Below, one piece after another: positions 52,369-62,465 of a stretch of DNA of 64,000 bases. The position numbers were made by a program, and so were the translations under genes. Source of the DNA: Pseudomonadota bacterium (GTDB taxonomy: Bacteria > Bdellovibrionota > FAC87 > UBA2466); assembly GCA_043767805.1 (NCBI GenBank), contig JAYUGC010000066.1, forward strand, positions 5,597 to 69,596, given 5' to 3'. How positions within the stretch are numbered: position 1 is the stretch's first letter; every line of letters begins with the position of its first letter. The notes under the pieces are model-generated. The model searched no databases and was not told where the DNA came from. It was given only the letters and a program-made list of their open reading frames with translations.

Positions 52369-54180
52369 GTGAGACACTGGAAAACTCTGGCTGCCCTTCT
52401 GCTGCTTTTGGGAACTCACGCCCTCCCCGTTTACGTCCTAGCTGAGCCAGCCGTCCCCGCTACCCTAGCCTTTTATCAACCCACGGCCGAGTGGGTTGTG
52501 AAACTCGTCCTTCCCTCGCCCACCGAACGTAGGCCAGACGGCGGAGTCTTCGCGGAAGTCGTCCACGCGCCGGCCTCGGAGGCCGCCCTTCAAGGTCAGC
52601 GAATGTGGCTTCAGTACGGGATCGATAAAAAATCTAGGGATTGGTTTAAACGCCAAAACCAAGACGTTCGCTTTGGAGAGGAAGCTGCCAAGAGCCGAAA
52701 AGAAGGAGCCGTACTGCCCGACGCGCTTGATGGCTGGAAAAAAGTCAGCCCGCTCGAAAGTTTAGCCGCGGCTCGCCCTGGGGGCGAGCTTTTGGTGCGC
52801 CTCGACGACCCCGCGCTGACGGGTACTACTTTGAAAGTCGCCAGCGAGCCCATACAGATCTCCGCTCCCGAGATGGCCCTCGTTCAATTTCAGAAAAAAA
52901 CGGACACTAATCTCTACGAAGTTCGCCATTACAATCCGGCGGCAAAAGATTTCAGCGGGCCGCTCGAAACCATCCACATTGACCAAGCGACGGGCGTCCC
53001 CGATCCCTATCTGCAGCCCGGTAACGTCGAAGGCATCGAGAAACAAGCGCTCAATGCGAAAGGCTGGATGATCTACGGCGCCCGAAATGGCGAGGGAGTC
53101 TTTTCCACCAAATCCCTGGAGCCGCGGGCATTGAGTCTGGTTGATAGCAACCCAACGCATATTGAAAACGGGCTATCCAATTGCCTCAAATGGCGTAACG
53201 AACTGGAGTGGGCGGATCTCGACGCCCGCAAAGGAACCGTCGAGCAAAGTTACCTCAACCCCGGCCCTCCGGAAAATTCCAATCTCGCCGCCGCCGCGAA
53301 ACCGGGAAAGAAATACCTCCTTCTCCACGTCTTCGGCGCCAATGAGCAAACTCCAAAGACCATGGGTCTGGTTACAGGGCACTTCAGCTACGGCGTGGCG
53401 ACGGTTAAGCCAAATCCGTTCACCGGAGAGGCGATGTATGAAGTGATTTACAATCAGATCTACGTTCAAACCAGCAAAGGAATCGTCTCGGGCAAACTCG
53501 CCTGGCACGAGTACATGGGGCATTTCAATCGAGGATGGATGTATGGCCGCCCGGTATCCGATGTCTTAGTCGACGTGCCGGAGCTCTTCGAGCCATTCAC
53601 CTTGGCCGGCAAAAAATACGATGCTTCCGTGTATCTAAGCCGCGCCCTCGAAGCGACGGCGGCCAAATACCGTCACGGCAAAGGCGGCGGGGCCTCGCTC
53701 GTGACACTCACGGAATCCTGCATGCAGGATTCCAATCAAAGCGTGCTTAACGCGATCGAGGCCTTTCGGGCCGATCTTTGGGCGGACAAGAAGGCACAGA
53801 CGTTCATCAAGAACCATCCCAATGACCCTGAGGTGATCCGCCTGACTGAGCTCAACAAGATCGCCTCGGATTATAAAGGCCGCCTGGGTAAAGAAGGACT
53901 GCTTTCGCAGCTAGGCCCTTTCAAGATTCCCCGTTTCTTCAACAAGCTCACCGGACGATGGCGCACGGCCGTCCCGCGAAGAGGGCACGACGAAGTGACG
54001 GGAATTTTCCTGAAAAATGGAAAGCCCGCCGTCGTTCTGGAATCCTTTCAAATCGGCGGTGACATGGCTCACATCCGCCCGCTCGAGCCCACGAGTTTTC
54101 TGCGCAACCAGGGCATGCTCGGCGCGGACGGGCCTGTCTGTGGCTGGTTCTGGCGCTTGCTGGGCCGAATCGGATTGTGA
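52369..54180 (+). CDS. large secreted hypothetical protein (603 aa)
   Basis: GTG start. Signal peptide 'WKTLAALLLLLGTHALPVYVLA'. No family recognised. Confidence 0.5.
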   Translation: MRHWKTLAALLLLLGTHALPVYVLAEPAVPATLAFYQPTAEWVVKLVLPSPTERRPDGGVFAEVVHAPASEAALQGQRMWLQYGIDKKSRDWFKRQNQDVRFGEEAAKSRKEGAVLPDALDGWKKVSPLESLAAARPGGELLVRLDDPALTGTTLKVASEPIQISAPEMALVQFQKKTDTNLYEVRHYNPAAKDFSGPLETIHIDQATGVPDPYLQPGNVEGIEKQALNAKGWMIYGARNGEGVFSTKSLEPRALSLVDSNPTHIENGLSNCLKWRNELEWADLDARKGTVEQSYLNPGPPENSNLAAAAKPGKKYLLLHVFGANEQTPKTMGLVTGHFSYGVATVKPNPFTGEAMYEVIYNQIYVQTSKGIVSGKLAWHEYMGHFNRGWMYGRPVSDVLVDVPELFEPFTLAGKKYDASVYLSRALEATAAKYRHGKGGGASLVTLTESCMQDSNQSVLNAIEAFRADLWADKKAQTFIKNHPNDPEVIRLTELNKIASDYKGRLGKEGLLSQLGPFKIPRFFNKLTGRWRTAVPRRGHDEVTGIFLKNGKPAVVLESFQIGGDMAHIRPLEPTSFLRNQGMLGADGPVCGWFWRLLGRIGL

Positions 54181-54187
54181 AACGGGC

Positions 54188-54739
54188 TTACATCAACCCG
54201 AGCTGAAGCTTCGCCGCTTCCGACATCATCTCGCGGTCCCAGGCCGGATCGAAGACCACTTCGACGTTGGCTTTGTTCACGCCGGGAAGACTCTTCACCT
54301 TCGTCTCGACATCATTTTGCAAGACGGGACCCATGCCGCAGCCGGGAGCGGTGAGCGTCATGGTGATCTGAATGTCGTTCACGCCTTCGCTGACCGAAGT
54401 GACCTGGCACTTATAGACGAGCCCGAGCTCCACGATATTGATCGGAATCTCGGGATCGTAACAGGTCTTCAAAACTTCCCAGATGGCCTTCTCCAAAGAC
54501 TCCGGATCGGTACCCTTATTCTCCAGAACGAGGGTCTGCACTTCCTTGCCGAGCGCATCGGCGTCGCTCCCTGAAATACGGACGAGATAACCAAGCTCGG
54601 TGCCGACCGTATAAGAGCCGCCCAGTTCTTGATGCAAGGTCACGGGCGTGCCTTCGGGCAAATTCACTTTGTTGCCGTCCGGGATTTGCACTCCCACTAC
54701 GTCCCGGGAGAGCTTCACGAGGGAATTATCGAACTTCAT
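54188..54739 (-). CDS. sufT: SUF-system Fe-S assembly protein, DUF59/MIP18 (SufT-like) with N-terminal extension
   Basis: C-terminal 'AIWEVLKTCYDPEIPINIVELGLVY' is the DUF59/MIP18 signature. It is the last gene of the suf operon. GGAG RBS. Confidence 0.6.
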   Translation of the reverse strand: MKFDNSLVKLSRDVVGVQIPDGNKVNLPEGTPVTLHQELGGSYTVGTELGYLVRISGSDADALGKEVQTLVLENKGTDPESLEKAIWEVLKTCYDPEIPINIVELGLVYKCQVTSVSEGVNDIQITMTLTAPGCGMGPVLQNDVETKVKSLPGVNKANVEVVFDPAWDREMMSEAAKLQLGLM

Positions 54740-54743
54740 CGCA

Positions 54744-55196
54744 TCACTCCAAGGTCACCAGTTCATGATTGCCGGTCAAAGCATTCTTGAGCGTGTGCCA
54801 GCAAAGGCTCGCGCACTTCACCCGCGCCGGGAACTCGCAAACGCCCGAAAAGACGGCGAGCTTGCCGAGCCCTTCGGAATCAGCGTCCTCATCCGGCGGG
54901 CTCGTCACCATTTCATGGAACTTGGTGAAAATCTTTTCGGCTTCCGCCGTGGTCTTGCCCTTTAAAAACTCGGTCATCATCGACGCGGAGGCCGTCGAAA
55001 TGGCGCAACCCGCTCCCTGAAAAGCGACGTCCAAAACTACGCCCTTATCGAGCGTCAGATAGACGACGACTTTATCGCCGCACAGCGGATTGAAGCCTTC
55101 CGCCCGGTGCGTCGCGCCTTCCAGCTTCTTGAAGTTACGGGGACGCCGGGAATGGTCCACGATCACTTCCTGATAGAGCTCTCTCAAGTCCGACAT
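54744..55196 (-). CDS. sufU: SufU (zinc-dependent sulfur-transfer scaffold, IscU/NifU-like)
   Basis: 'LYQEVIVDHSRRPRNF', 'NPLCGDKVVVYL', 'GCAISTASASMMTE' and the C-terminal Cys region. The start codon overlaps the sufS stop. The ORF-track N-terminal extension is rejected. Confidence 0.8.
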   Translation of the reverse strand: MSDLRELYQEVIVDHSRRPRNFKKLEGATHRAEGFNPLCGDKVVVYLTLDKGVVLDVAFQGAGCAISTASASMMTEFLKGKTTAEAEKIFTKFHEMVTSPPDEDADSEGLGKLAVFSGVCEFPARVKCASLCWHTLKNALTGNHELVTLE

Positions 55197-56470
55197 TACG
55201 CAAACACCTTGATGACCTTGTGAAGGCCCTCGACCAAAGCGTCGATTTCCTTCGTCGTGTTGTAGAGCGCGAAAGACGCCCGCGCCGTGGCCGGCACGCC
55301 GAAACGATCCATGACGGGTTGCGCGCAATGGTGGCCCGTGCGGATGGCGATGCCCGAATGATCCAAAATGGTCCCGATGTCATGCGGGTGGATGTTCTCC
55401 AGCACGAAGGAAAGCACGCCGGCTTTCGCCTTCGCCGTGCCGATGAGCCGCACGCCCGGCACTTCCTGCAAAGCCTTGGTGCCGTAAGCGAGGAGCGAGG
55501 CTTCGTGCGCCGCGATATTGTCGACGCCGACCTTTTCCATGTAATCGATGGCCGCGCCGAGCGCGATGCCGCCGCTGATGTTCGGCGTACCCGCTTCGAA
55601 TTTATAAGGAAGCGCGTTGTAGATGGTGCGCCCAAAGGTCACGTGACGAATCATGTCGCCGCCGCCCTGATAAGGCGGCATATGCTCGAGCAGCTCCTTC
55701 TTGCCCCAAAGCACGCCAACTCCCGTTGGGCCGTACATCTTGTGGCTGGAGAAAACGTAAAAATCGCAACCCAACTCCTGAACGTCGACCGTCATGTGGG
55801 GCACGGCCTGAGCGCCGTCCAAAAGCACCACGGCGCCCAATTCGTGTGCCATGCGGGTCATCTCTTTCGCCGGGTTGATGGTTCCCAGCGCGTTCGAGAC
55901 GTGCACGAGTGCCAAAATTTTCGTACGCGGCGTGAGGAGTTTTTTGAACTCTTCCATCATCAGCTCGCCGTGGTCGTCCATGGGAACGACCCGGATCTTC
56001 GCGCCAGTGTGCTCGGCAATCATTTGCCAGGGCACGATGTTGGAATGATGCTCCATCGCCGAAAGCAGAATCTCATCGCCCGCTTTCAGGTTTTTCATCC
56101 CGTAGCTGTACGCAACGAGATTGATACCCTCGGTGGTTCCCCGGGTGAAAATGACTTCTTCGAGGGACCGGGCGTTGATGAACTCCTTCACCTTGGTTCG
56201 GACGGCTTCGTACTCTTTTGTCGCGCGCTCGGAAAGCGTGTGCACGCCCCGGTGAATATTCGAATTGTCGTGCCGGTAATAATGCTCGATGGCTTCAATT
56301 ACGGCTTCCGGCTTTTGCGACGTGGCTGCGTTATCCAAGTAGACGATCGTGTTGCCGTTCACCTGCTCGTTCAAGATCGGAAAATCCCGGCGGTAGCGGT
56401 TCACGTCGAAAGCCGCCTCGGGCGTGAACGAGCGAGAAGGCGTTTTGGTGGTGTCGGTACCCATGATCAT
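55196..56470 (-). CDS. sufS: SufS cysteine desulfurase (class V aminotransferase, group II)
   Basis: 'RDFPILNEQVNGNTIVYLDNAATSQKP' resembles E. coli SufS 'RADFPVLSREVNG...LDSAASAQKP'. PLP-Lys region 'FYVFSSHKMYGPTGVGVLWG'. Active-site Cys loop 'RTGHHCAQP'. ATGA overlap with sufD. Confidence 0.85.
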   Translation of the reverse strand: MIMGTDTTKTPSRSFTPEAAFDVNRYRRDFPILNEQVNGNTIVYLDNAATSQKPEAVIEAIEHYYRHDNSNIHRGVHTLSERATKEYEAVRTKVKEFINARSLEEVIFTRGTTEGINLVAYSYGMKNLKAGDEILLSAMEHHSNIVPWQMIAEHTGAKIRVVPMDDHGELMMEEFKKLLTPRTKILALVHVSNALGTINPAKEMTRMAHELGAVVLLDGAQAVPHMTVDVQELGCDFYVFSSHKMYGPTGVGVLWGKKELLEHMPPYQGGGDMIRHVTFGRTIYNALPYKFEAGTPNISGGIALGAAIDYMEKVGVDNIAAHEASLLAYGTKALQEVPGVRLIGTAKAKAGVLSFVLENIHPHDIGTILDHSGIAIRTGHHCAQPVMDRFGVPATARASFALYNTTKEIDALVEGLHKVIKVFA

Positions 56471-57759
56471 TTGTTCCCCGCCAGCCGGTTCTGTAGCCAA
56501 TGCTTGTCCAAATGTGCCGCGAGTCCCTCGACTGGAACGGCATCGAGCACTTCATGCGCGAATGCGGCGGTGAGAAGCTCCTCGGCGCGCTGCTTGTCGA
56601 CCCCGCGCGCCCGCAAGTAAAAGAGCGCGTTGGCATCGAGCTGACCGGTCGTCGCGCCGTGGGCGCATTTGACGTCGTCGGCGTAAATTTCCAGAGACGG
56701 TTTCGTATTGATCTCGGCCTCGCGGCTGAGCAGTAAGTTCTTGTTGGTTTGAGACGAGTCCGTTTTTTGAGCTTCGCGGCGCACGAGCACTTTGCCGTCG
56801 AACACGCCGGTGGCCGCGCCGCCCAAAATACCCTTATAGAGCTCGACGCTGCGGCAATGCGGGACCGCGTGATCGAAAAGCGTGCGGTTATCGAGATGCT
56901 GCTTGCCGTGCCCGACGAAAAGTCCGTTCAAAATGCTTTCTCCGCCCTCACCCTGGAAACGCACTTCGATCTCGTCCCGGCCGACCGCGCCGCCAAAGGC
57001 AAGCACGTGCGACTCGTAACGAGCCGAGCGCCCAAGATCCGCGCGAAGCTGACGGAAATGCTGAGCCTCCGGCCCTTCCGTCTGACAGGTGACGTGACGG
57101 ACTTTGGCGTTCTCGCCAATGCGGATTTCTGCAAGCGCATTACGCCAGTAGCTTCCGCCATTCTCGCCCTCGAAACGCTCGACGAGAGTCAGCTCGCTAT
57201 TACGGCCCAAGTCGACCCAGAGCCGCTCGCTAATCAGCGTATTGTCCGCTTTGTCGCCGAGCCAAACCACTTCGATGGGCTCTTTGAGCTGGCAGTCGTC
57301 ATCGACTTGCACCATGAGGCCGTCTTGAAGAAAGGCGCCGTTCAACGCGGAAAAAGCCCTTGTCTCATCGGTCTGCCGCAACCAGGCCCGCGCGCTTTCG
57401 GGGTCTTTCTGAATCACTTCCGCGAGCGAGCGGATGGATACGCCCTCGGGAAGAGAGCCGAGTTTCGAAAGCGAGGGCTGATGGCGGCCATTTACGAAAA
57501 CGATGAGGTGGGCGTCGGGAACTCTCGCTTCGACCTTAGCGGGTTTCGAGTCCCGATAAGCCGCCGTCATCGGCTGAGCCGCCAGCGCTCTCACGTTCGT
57601 GTATTTCCACGCCTCGTCCTTCACGGAGGGAAAGCCCAGCGAAACGAAACGCTGCAACGCGACCGCGCGCCAATCGGCAATCCACGCAACCTCGTGGCCA
57701 GGAAGGCTCGCTGCCGTCTTTTGAAACTCGGCGGAATAATGTTTTGCGTCGCCGATCAC
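56467..57759 (-). CDS. sufD: SufD Fe-S cluster assembly protein
   Basis: GTG start overlapping the sufC stop (GTGA). Beta-helix repeats. It sits between sufC and sufS. 430 aa. Confidence 0.8.
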   Translation of the reverse strand: MIGDAKHYSAEFQKTAASLPGHEVAWIADWRAVALQRFVSLGFPSVKDEAWKYTNVRALAAQPMTAAYRDSKPAKVEARVPDAHLIVFVNGRHQPSLSKLGSLPEGVSIRSLAEVIQKDPESARAWLRQTDETRAFSALNGAFLQDGLMVQVDDDCQLKEPIEVVWLGDKADNTLISERLWVDLGRNSELTLVERFEGENGGSYWRNALAEIRIGENAKVRHVTCQTEGPEAQHFRQLRADLGRSARYESHVLAFGGAVGRDEIEVRFQGEGGESILNGLFVGHGKQHLDNRTLFDHAVPHCRSVELYKGILGGAATGVFDGKVLVRREAQKTDSSQTNKNLLLSREAEINTKPSLEIYADDVKCAHGATTGQLDANALFYLRARGVDKQRAEELLTAAFAHEVLDAVPVEGLAAHLDKHWLQNRLAGNK

Positions 57760-58514
57760 GTCTGCGCTCCCGCAAAAGCCGCGTAACCCGTTTTTTCGAG
57801 CTCGAGTGCGAGCTCTTTCGTGCCGGATTTCACGATCCGGCCGCCGAGGAGCACGTGCACGAAATCGGGAACGATGTAATCGAGCAAACGCTGATAGTGG
57901 GTGATGACCAAGAAGGACCGGTCGGACCGGCGAAGCGCGTTCACGCCGCCCGAGACGACTTTAAGCGCGTCGATGTCCAAGCCCGAGTCGGTCTCGTCGA
58001 GTACCGCAAACGTGGGCTCCAGCATCGCCATCTGGAAAATCTCGTTGCGCTTCTTTTCGCCGCCCGAGAAACCCTCGTTCACCGCGCGGTCCAAGAGCTT
58101 CTTGTCGATTTCGACAAGCTTCGCTTTGGACTTCGCCATGGCGAGGAAATCCATGGCGTCGAGCTCGGGCTCGCCGCGCTCCTTGCGAGCGGCGTTCAAG
58201 GCCGCTTTCAGGAAGTACATATTGTTCACGCCGGGAATTTCCACCGGGTACTGAAAGGCGAGAAAGACGCCGGCCCAGGCGCGCGCTTCGGGCTCGAGCT
58301 CGAGCAGGTCCTTGCCCTTATAGAGCACGCGGCCGCTAGTCACTTCGTAGCCTTCGCGGCCGGCCAGCACATTCGCCAAAGTGCTCTTTCCCGTGCCGTT
58401 GGGTCCCATGATGGCGTGCACTTCACCGGGGTTGATGGAAAGGGTGAGGCCCTTGAGAATTTCTTTTCCGCCGACCTTCACATGAAGGTTTTCAATGGAG
58501 AGTAACGCAGTCAT
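57756..58514 (-). CDS. sufC: SufC Fe-S cluster assembly ATPase
   Basis: Walker A '[10 protein letters not shown]', ABC signature '[12 protein letters not shown]', Walker B '[12 protein letters not shown]', H-loop '[10 protein letters not shown]'. Confidence 0.9.
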   Translation of the reverse strand: MTALLSIENLHVKVGGKEILKGLTLSINPGEVHAIMGPNGTGKSTLANVLAGREGYEVTSGRVLYKGKDLLELEPEARAWAGVFLAFQYPVEIPGVNNMYFLKAALNAARKERGEPELDAMDFLAMAKSKAKLVEIDKKLLDRAVNEGFSGGEKKRNEIFQMAMLEPTFAVLDETDSGLDIDALKVVSGGVNALRRSDRSFLVITHYQRLLDYIVPDFVHVLLGGRIVKSGTKELALELEKTGYAAFAGAQT

Positions 58515-59962
58515 CCGACACTTCCTTCCAAACTGACTTCGAGTAACTTTTGGGCTTCCACGGCGAACTCCATGGGTAGCTTTCTGAAAACTTCCTTACA
58601 AAATCCGTTCACGATGAGGCTCACCGCGTCCTCGGGCTTTAATCCCCGCTGCTGGCAGTAGAAGACCTGGTCTTCGCTGATTTTCGACGTGGACGCTTCG
58701 TGCTCGACTTGCGCCGTGGGGTTCTTCGACTCGATGTACGGGAAAGTGTGCGCGCCACATTTCGACCCGATGAGAAGCGAATCGCACTGGGTGTAGTTAC
58801 GCGCGCCTTCCGCGTTCTTCTGCACTTTCACCAGACCGCGGTAGGTGTTTTGTCCCTGCCCCGCCGAGATGCCTTTCGAGATGATGGTGCTCGATGTGTT
58901 CTTGCCGAGGTGGATCATCTTCGTGCCGGTATCGGCCTGCTGGTAATGGTTCGTGAGAGCGACGGAATAGAACTCGCCCACGGAATCATCACCCTGAAGA
59001 ATAACGGACGGGTATTTCCAGGTGATGGCGGAGCCGGTCTCGACTTGCGTCCAAGAGATTTTCGACTTTACGCCTTTGCACTTACCCCGCTTGGTCACGA
59101 AGTTGTAAATGCCGCCCTTCCCCTCTTTGTCACCGGGGTACCAGTTTTGGACGGTGGAGTACTTAATCTCCGCGTTATCCATTGCCACGAGCTCCACCAC
59201 CGCGGCGTGAAGCTGGTTCTTGTCGCGCATGGGAGCCGTGCAGCCTTCGAGATAGCTCACGTGAGAGCTTTCTTCGGCGACGATGAGCGTGCGCTCGAAC
59301 TGGCCGGTCTCGGCCGCGTTGATACGGAAATACGTCGAGAGCTCCATGGGGCAGCGAACGCCCTTGGGGATGAAGCAGAAAGAGCCATCGCTGAACACGG
59401 CGGAGTTGAGGGTCGCGTAGAAATTGTCGGTATAGGGAACGACGGTGCCCAGGTACTTACGGACCAATTCGCCGTGGTTCTTTACCGCTTCCGAGAAGCT
59501 GCAGAAAATGACGCCCATCTCGCCGAGCTTCGCTTTGAATGTGGTCGCGACGGAAACGCTATCGACTACCGCGTCGACCGCGACGCCGGACAAGCGCTTT
59601 TGCTCGTCCAAGGAAATGCCAAGCTTATTGAACATGGTGCGAAGCTCAGGATCCACTTCGTCCAGCGACTTAGGACCCGCTTCTTGGCTTTTCGGCGCCG
59701 AATAATAAATGACGTCCTGAAAATCGATTTTCGGATAATAGACGTGCTGCCACTTGGGCTCGGTCATCTTCTGCCAGGCGCGGAAGGCTTTCAGACGAAA
59801 CTCGAGAAGCCACTCGGGCTCTTCTTTTTTGGAAGAGATGAGGCGCACTACGTCCTCGCTCAATCCGCGCGCGATGCTTTCGTTCGCAATGTCCGTCGTG
59901 AAGCCGTACTGGTAATCCCGCTTCAGATGCTCGTCGACTTCGCTGTGCCCTTGGATTTTCAT
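58511..59962 (-). CDS. sufB: SufB Fe-S cluster assembly scaffold
   Basis: 483 aa, highly typical SufB ('[12 protein letters not shown]', '[13 protein letters not shown]', '[20 protein letters not shown]'). Confidence 0.9.
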   Translation of the reverse strand: MKIQGHSEVDEHLKRDYQYGFTTDIANESIARGLSEDVVRLISSKKEEPEWLLEFRLKAFRAWQKMTEPKWQHVYYPKIDFQDVIYYSAPKSQEAGPKSLDEVDPELRTMFNKLGISLDEQKRLSGVAVDAVVDSVSVATTFKAKLGEMGVIFCSFSEAVKNHGELVRKYLGTVVPYTDNFYATLNSAVFSDGSFCFIPKGVRCPMELSTYFRINAAETGQFERTLIVAEESSHVSYLEGCTAPMRDKNQLHAAVVELVAMDNAEIKYSTVQNWYPGDKEGKGGIYNFVTKRGKCKGVKSKISWTQVETGSAITWKYPSVILQGDDSVGEFYSVALTNHYQQADTGTKMIHLGKNTSSTIISKGISAGQGQNTYRGLVKVQKNAEGARNYTQCDSLLIGSKCGAHTFPYIESKNPTAQVEHEASTSKISEDQVFYCQQRGLKPEDAVSLIVNGFCKEVFRKLPMEFAVEAQKLLEVSLEGSVG

Positions 59963-60426
59963 TGCCGGTATCCTTCCGCCGCGCGGGCGGTAACGCCCGG
60001 GTTGCCAACCCCAAAGGGTAAGACCATGTCTTTAAGGGTGAGCTGCTCGAGGGAGCGGCGCACCGTCAGGGAAATCTTTTGCCAGTTGTTCATGACCGGG
60101 CAATGGGACTCGAGACCGCAGTTGTCGGAACCGGTCCGGTGGCCGCTGCACTCCGTGAGGGCGATGGGCCCTTCCAAAACTTCGATGATGCGGGCGATCG
60201 AAATCTGATCCGCGGGCTGGCCCAGGCGGTAGCCGCCATTGACTCCCCGGTGCGAGAATAGTAATTCTCCCCGGCACAACGTCTTCAAGATCTTGCTTAC
60301 CGTCGGAAGAGGCAGCTTGGCCTCCAGCGCTAAATCCCGGGCCGTGAAGGCCTTCGCTTCGGGATTCGAGGCGAAATAAGACAGCAGGACGATCCCGTAA
60401 TCAGTCATTTTTCCAATTCTAATCAT
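59959..60426 (-). CDS. Rrf2-family transcriptional regulator (IscR/SufR-like, Fe-S cluster sensing)
   Basis: N-terminal wHTH '[50 protein letters not shown]'. Three-Cys cluster-binding segment '[17 protein letters not shown]'. It is the first gene of the suf operon. Confidence 0.75.
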   Translation of the reverse strand: MIRIGKMTDYGIVLLSYFASNPEAKAFTARDLALEAKLPLPTVSKILKTLCRGELLFSHRGVNGGYRLGQPADQISIARIIEVLEGPIALTECSGHRTGSDNCGLESHCPVMNNWQKISLTVRRSLEQLTLKDMVLPFGVGNPGVTARAAEGYRQ

Positions 60427-60554
60427 ACTTTTAGCCTCGGGGGTGAAATTAGAACCAATCTGGTACTATTTCAAGGCATTTCTTTGCCCGATTTTAGGCT
60501 AATTGTACTTATGAAATTAGATAGTTAGATGAGTAAGGCGCGGTGCGCGTCCGC
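60427..60554 (-). promoter_or_regulatory. AT-rich promoter/operator region upstream of Rrf2-suf operon
   Basis: Markedly AT-rich relative to the genome. It contains partial inverted repeats around 'ttttagcc' / 'ttttaggctaa' that could be Rrf2 operator half-sites. No consensus boxes identified with confidence. Confidence 0.3.
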
Positions 60555-61448
60555 TTACAGGCCCACGCGGAGGTAGAACTGGTAGAAGCCGGCCTTCTGG
60601 CCGTCCGTCCAAACTAGCCCCGCCTCGGTCTTATCCGCGACGCTGGCGGTCTCGTAATAGAAGCCAAGGGCGATGGGATCGGTTACCTGCCACTCGATCC
60701 AGGGAGAGAAGGTGAGCGAAGGAACCCATTCGTCGTTATTGGTGGCTTTAGCGCTATGATCGCGGAATTTCACCAAAGTGAAATTGAGCGGCACGCCGAG
60801 AGTCACTTTCGGAAACACTTTGAAGGAAGGCTCGAGGATGACCCGGTTCTCGAAAATCGGGTGGGCGACGTCCTTGCCCTTCCCGTCCGTATAGCCCGAG
60901 CGATCGTAGACGTGCACGATGGGGACTTCGTAAAAAGTGAAGCTCAGGGAGCTCGTGATGGTGCGATCGAAAACGAAGTAGTCCCGCACCGTCGTCAGCA
61001 TGCCGGCGTCCCGCTTGTCCGAGTTAGTCGGAAAGTAAACGCGGAGCTGGTTGCTGTAAGAGAAAAGTTTATCGTCCGACACGGAGACCTTGGAAAAGTT
61101 CGCGCGGATGAAGCCGTCGAACAGTATCGGCGCGAGCTCGGCTTGAGAGTAATTTCCGGTCTTCGTGGTGTTCGTATTGAAATCTTGCGAGTAGCTCAAA
61201 GCGAACTTGTCGCTGAACTTGATCCCGAGCTCCACGGTATTTTGCATCTCGAACGTGGGGTCGCCCTGGTACCAAGTCGGGCGGACCGTAAAGATGGCGA
61301 TGGCCTTCGCGGAATCTTCCTTGGGGCGTTCCTTACCTTCCCCTTTGAGGACGGGACCCGTGGGAAGGCCGGGAGCCTTCTGCGCGCGCGCCCACACGGC
61401 AGAACCCGCGAACATCGAAGCCAACAAAATGTATTTCACCCACGTCAT
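60555..61448 (-). CDS. outer-membrane beta-barrel protein (porin-like), secreted
   Basis: Start 'MTWVKYILLASMFAGSAVWARAQ' (signal peptide). Amphipathic beta-strand pattern, with aromatic girdle residues and the C-terminal 'FYQFYLRVGL'. The ORF-track N-terminal extension is rejected. Confidence 0.5.
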   Translation of the reverse strand: MTWVKYILLASMFAGSAVWARAQKAPGLPTGPVLKGEGKERPKEDSAKAIAIFTVRPTWYQGDPTFEMQNTVELGIKFSDKFALSYSQDFNTNTTKTGNYSQAELAPILFDGFIRANFSKVSVSDDKLFSYSNQLRVYFPTNSDKRDAGMLTTVRDYFVFDRTITSSLSFTFYEVPIVHVYDRSGYTDGKGKDVAHPIFENRVILEPSFKVFPKVTLGVPLNFTLVKFRDHSAKATNNDEWVPSLTFSPWIEWQVTDPIALGFYYETASVADKTEAGLVWTDGQKAGFYQFYLRVGL

Positions 61449-61713
61449 GCCAAGCGGAGCAAATCTGCAAGGGGAGGACCAGCGGTCTACGCCCCTTCCC
61501 GAGCCTAGCCGCCCACTAGGAGTGTTCGCGGTGACGTAATTCGTCACCTACGTCGTATAATCGGCGAGCGAAACGGGCTCGAGTGTTTCAAATTCATCAA
61601 GTTTGTTGAGCTTGCGATTCAATTCTCGCAAAAGAAACCAGACTCATGGGACAAAAACCCCGCCTTCTCATGGCCTTCGGTTTGCACAGGCAAAACAGCA
61701 AGGAGGCAAAACA

Positions 61714-62013
61714 ATGTTTCATCTCATCGGTTTTCTCATCATCGGTCTTGTAGCGGGTTTACTCGCTCGCGCGCTCATGCCGGGACGGCAGGATCTCACC
61801 ATTCCGAAAACGATTCTCGTCGGCGTGGTGGGCGCGATGTTAGTTGGCTGGCTCGGCAGAGCGTTCGGTTGGTATGGACCCGACGACAGCGCGGGCTTCA
61901 TTGCTTCGACCATCGGGGCGTTCGTGGTGCTTGCCGCTTACATAGCCGTGGCGAAACCCAAATCGGTCTCGAGCAGCCACTCGGATATCAATTATCCGCG
62001 TAAGGCCGCTTAG
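61714..62013 (+). CDS. GlsB/YeaQ/YmgE family (transglycosylase-associated) small membrane protein
   Basis: AGGAGG RBS 8 nt upstream. 'MFHLIGFLIIGLVAGLLARALMPGRQDLTIPKTILVGVVGAMLVGWLG' is the typical GlsB/YmgE two-helix pattern. Confidence 0.6.
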   Translation: MFHLIGFLIIGLVAGLLARALMPGRQDLTIPKTILVGVVGAMLVGWLGRAFGWYGPDDSAGFIASTIGAFVVLAAYIAVAKPKSVSSSHSDINYPRKAA

Positions 62014-62016
62014 GCT

Positions 62017-62436
62017 TTATTCGCGGTTGACGAGCATACCGTCTTTGGAAGGCGTTTGTGTGACTTCCCAGCGATTGCCGTCGGGATCGACGAAGAGAAA
62101 ACTCTTCTCGCCCCACGGATGCTCCTTGGGAGCCCCGCTTACTTCGATCTTGCCCACCTCCTCCGTGGGCAAATCGAGGAGACGCACATAAAACGCGTCC
62201 ACGTCGGACACGGTGATACCGAAGCCAGCCGCGCCACGCGCGCCTTCGGAACGGAAGTACTTCGCGCTCTTTCCGGTGGGCTTGAAGAAAGCTACGCGGA
62301 AGCGGCTCGGTAGGACGAACTCCGCGAACTCGGCCTGGCTGAAATGCGGCTTCACGTCGAAGACTCGCTCGAAAAATTCCGCCATTTTTGGCACGTCGGA
62401 AGAGGCCACGACCAGATGCGAACAAGCTAGGATCAT
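62017..62436 (-). CDS. VOC family protein (glyoxalase/bleomycin-resistance/dioxygenase fold)
   Basis: 139 aa. 'HLVVASSDVPKMAEFFERVFDV' and 'EVSGAPKEHPWGEKSFLFVDPDGNRWEV' match the paired beta-alpha-beta-beta-beta modules of the VOC fold. Confidence 0.55.
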   Translation of the reverse strand: MILACSHLVVASSDVPKMAEFFERVFDVKPHFSQAEFAEFVLPSRFRVAFFKPTGKSAKYFRSEGARGAAGFGITVSDVDAFYVRLLDLPTEEVGKIEVSGAPKEHPWGEKSFLFVDPDGNRWEVTQTPSKDGMLVNRE

Positions 62437-62465
62437 GGCGGAACTCTATCCCAGCTGGACCCGAA

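Noticed and set aside
55220-56620. 466-aa plus-strand ORF opposite sufS/sufD
   Set aside because: It is antisense to two strongly conserved suf genes.
58700-60208. 502-aa plus-strand ORF opposite sufB/rrf2
   Set aside because: It is antisense to sufB. The product is Arg/Gly-rich with no motifs.
60427-60554. Possible IscR/Rrf2 type-1 operator in the suf leader
   Set aside because: Only weak partial palindromes ('ttttagcc' / 'ttttaggctaa') were found. They cannot be matched convincingly to a known Rrf2 consensus, so the region is reported only as a generic regulatory region.
60756-61508. 250-aa plus-strand ORF opposite the OMP gene
   Set aside because: It is antisense. The OMP frame has a signal peptide and beta-strand periodicity, and this frame does not.
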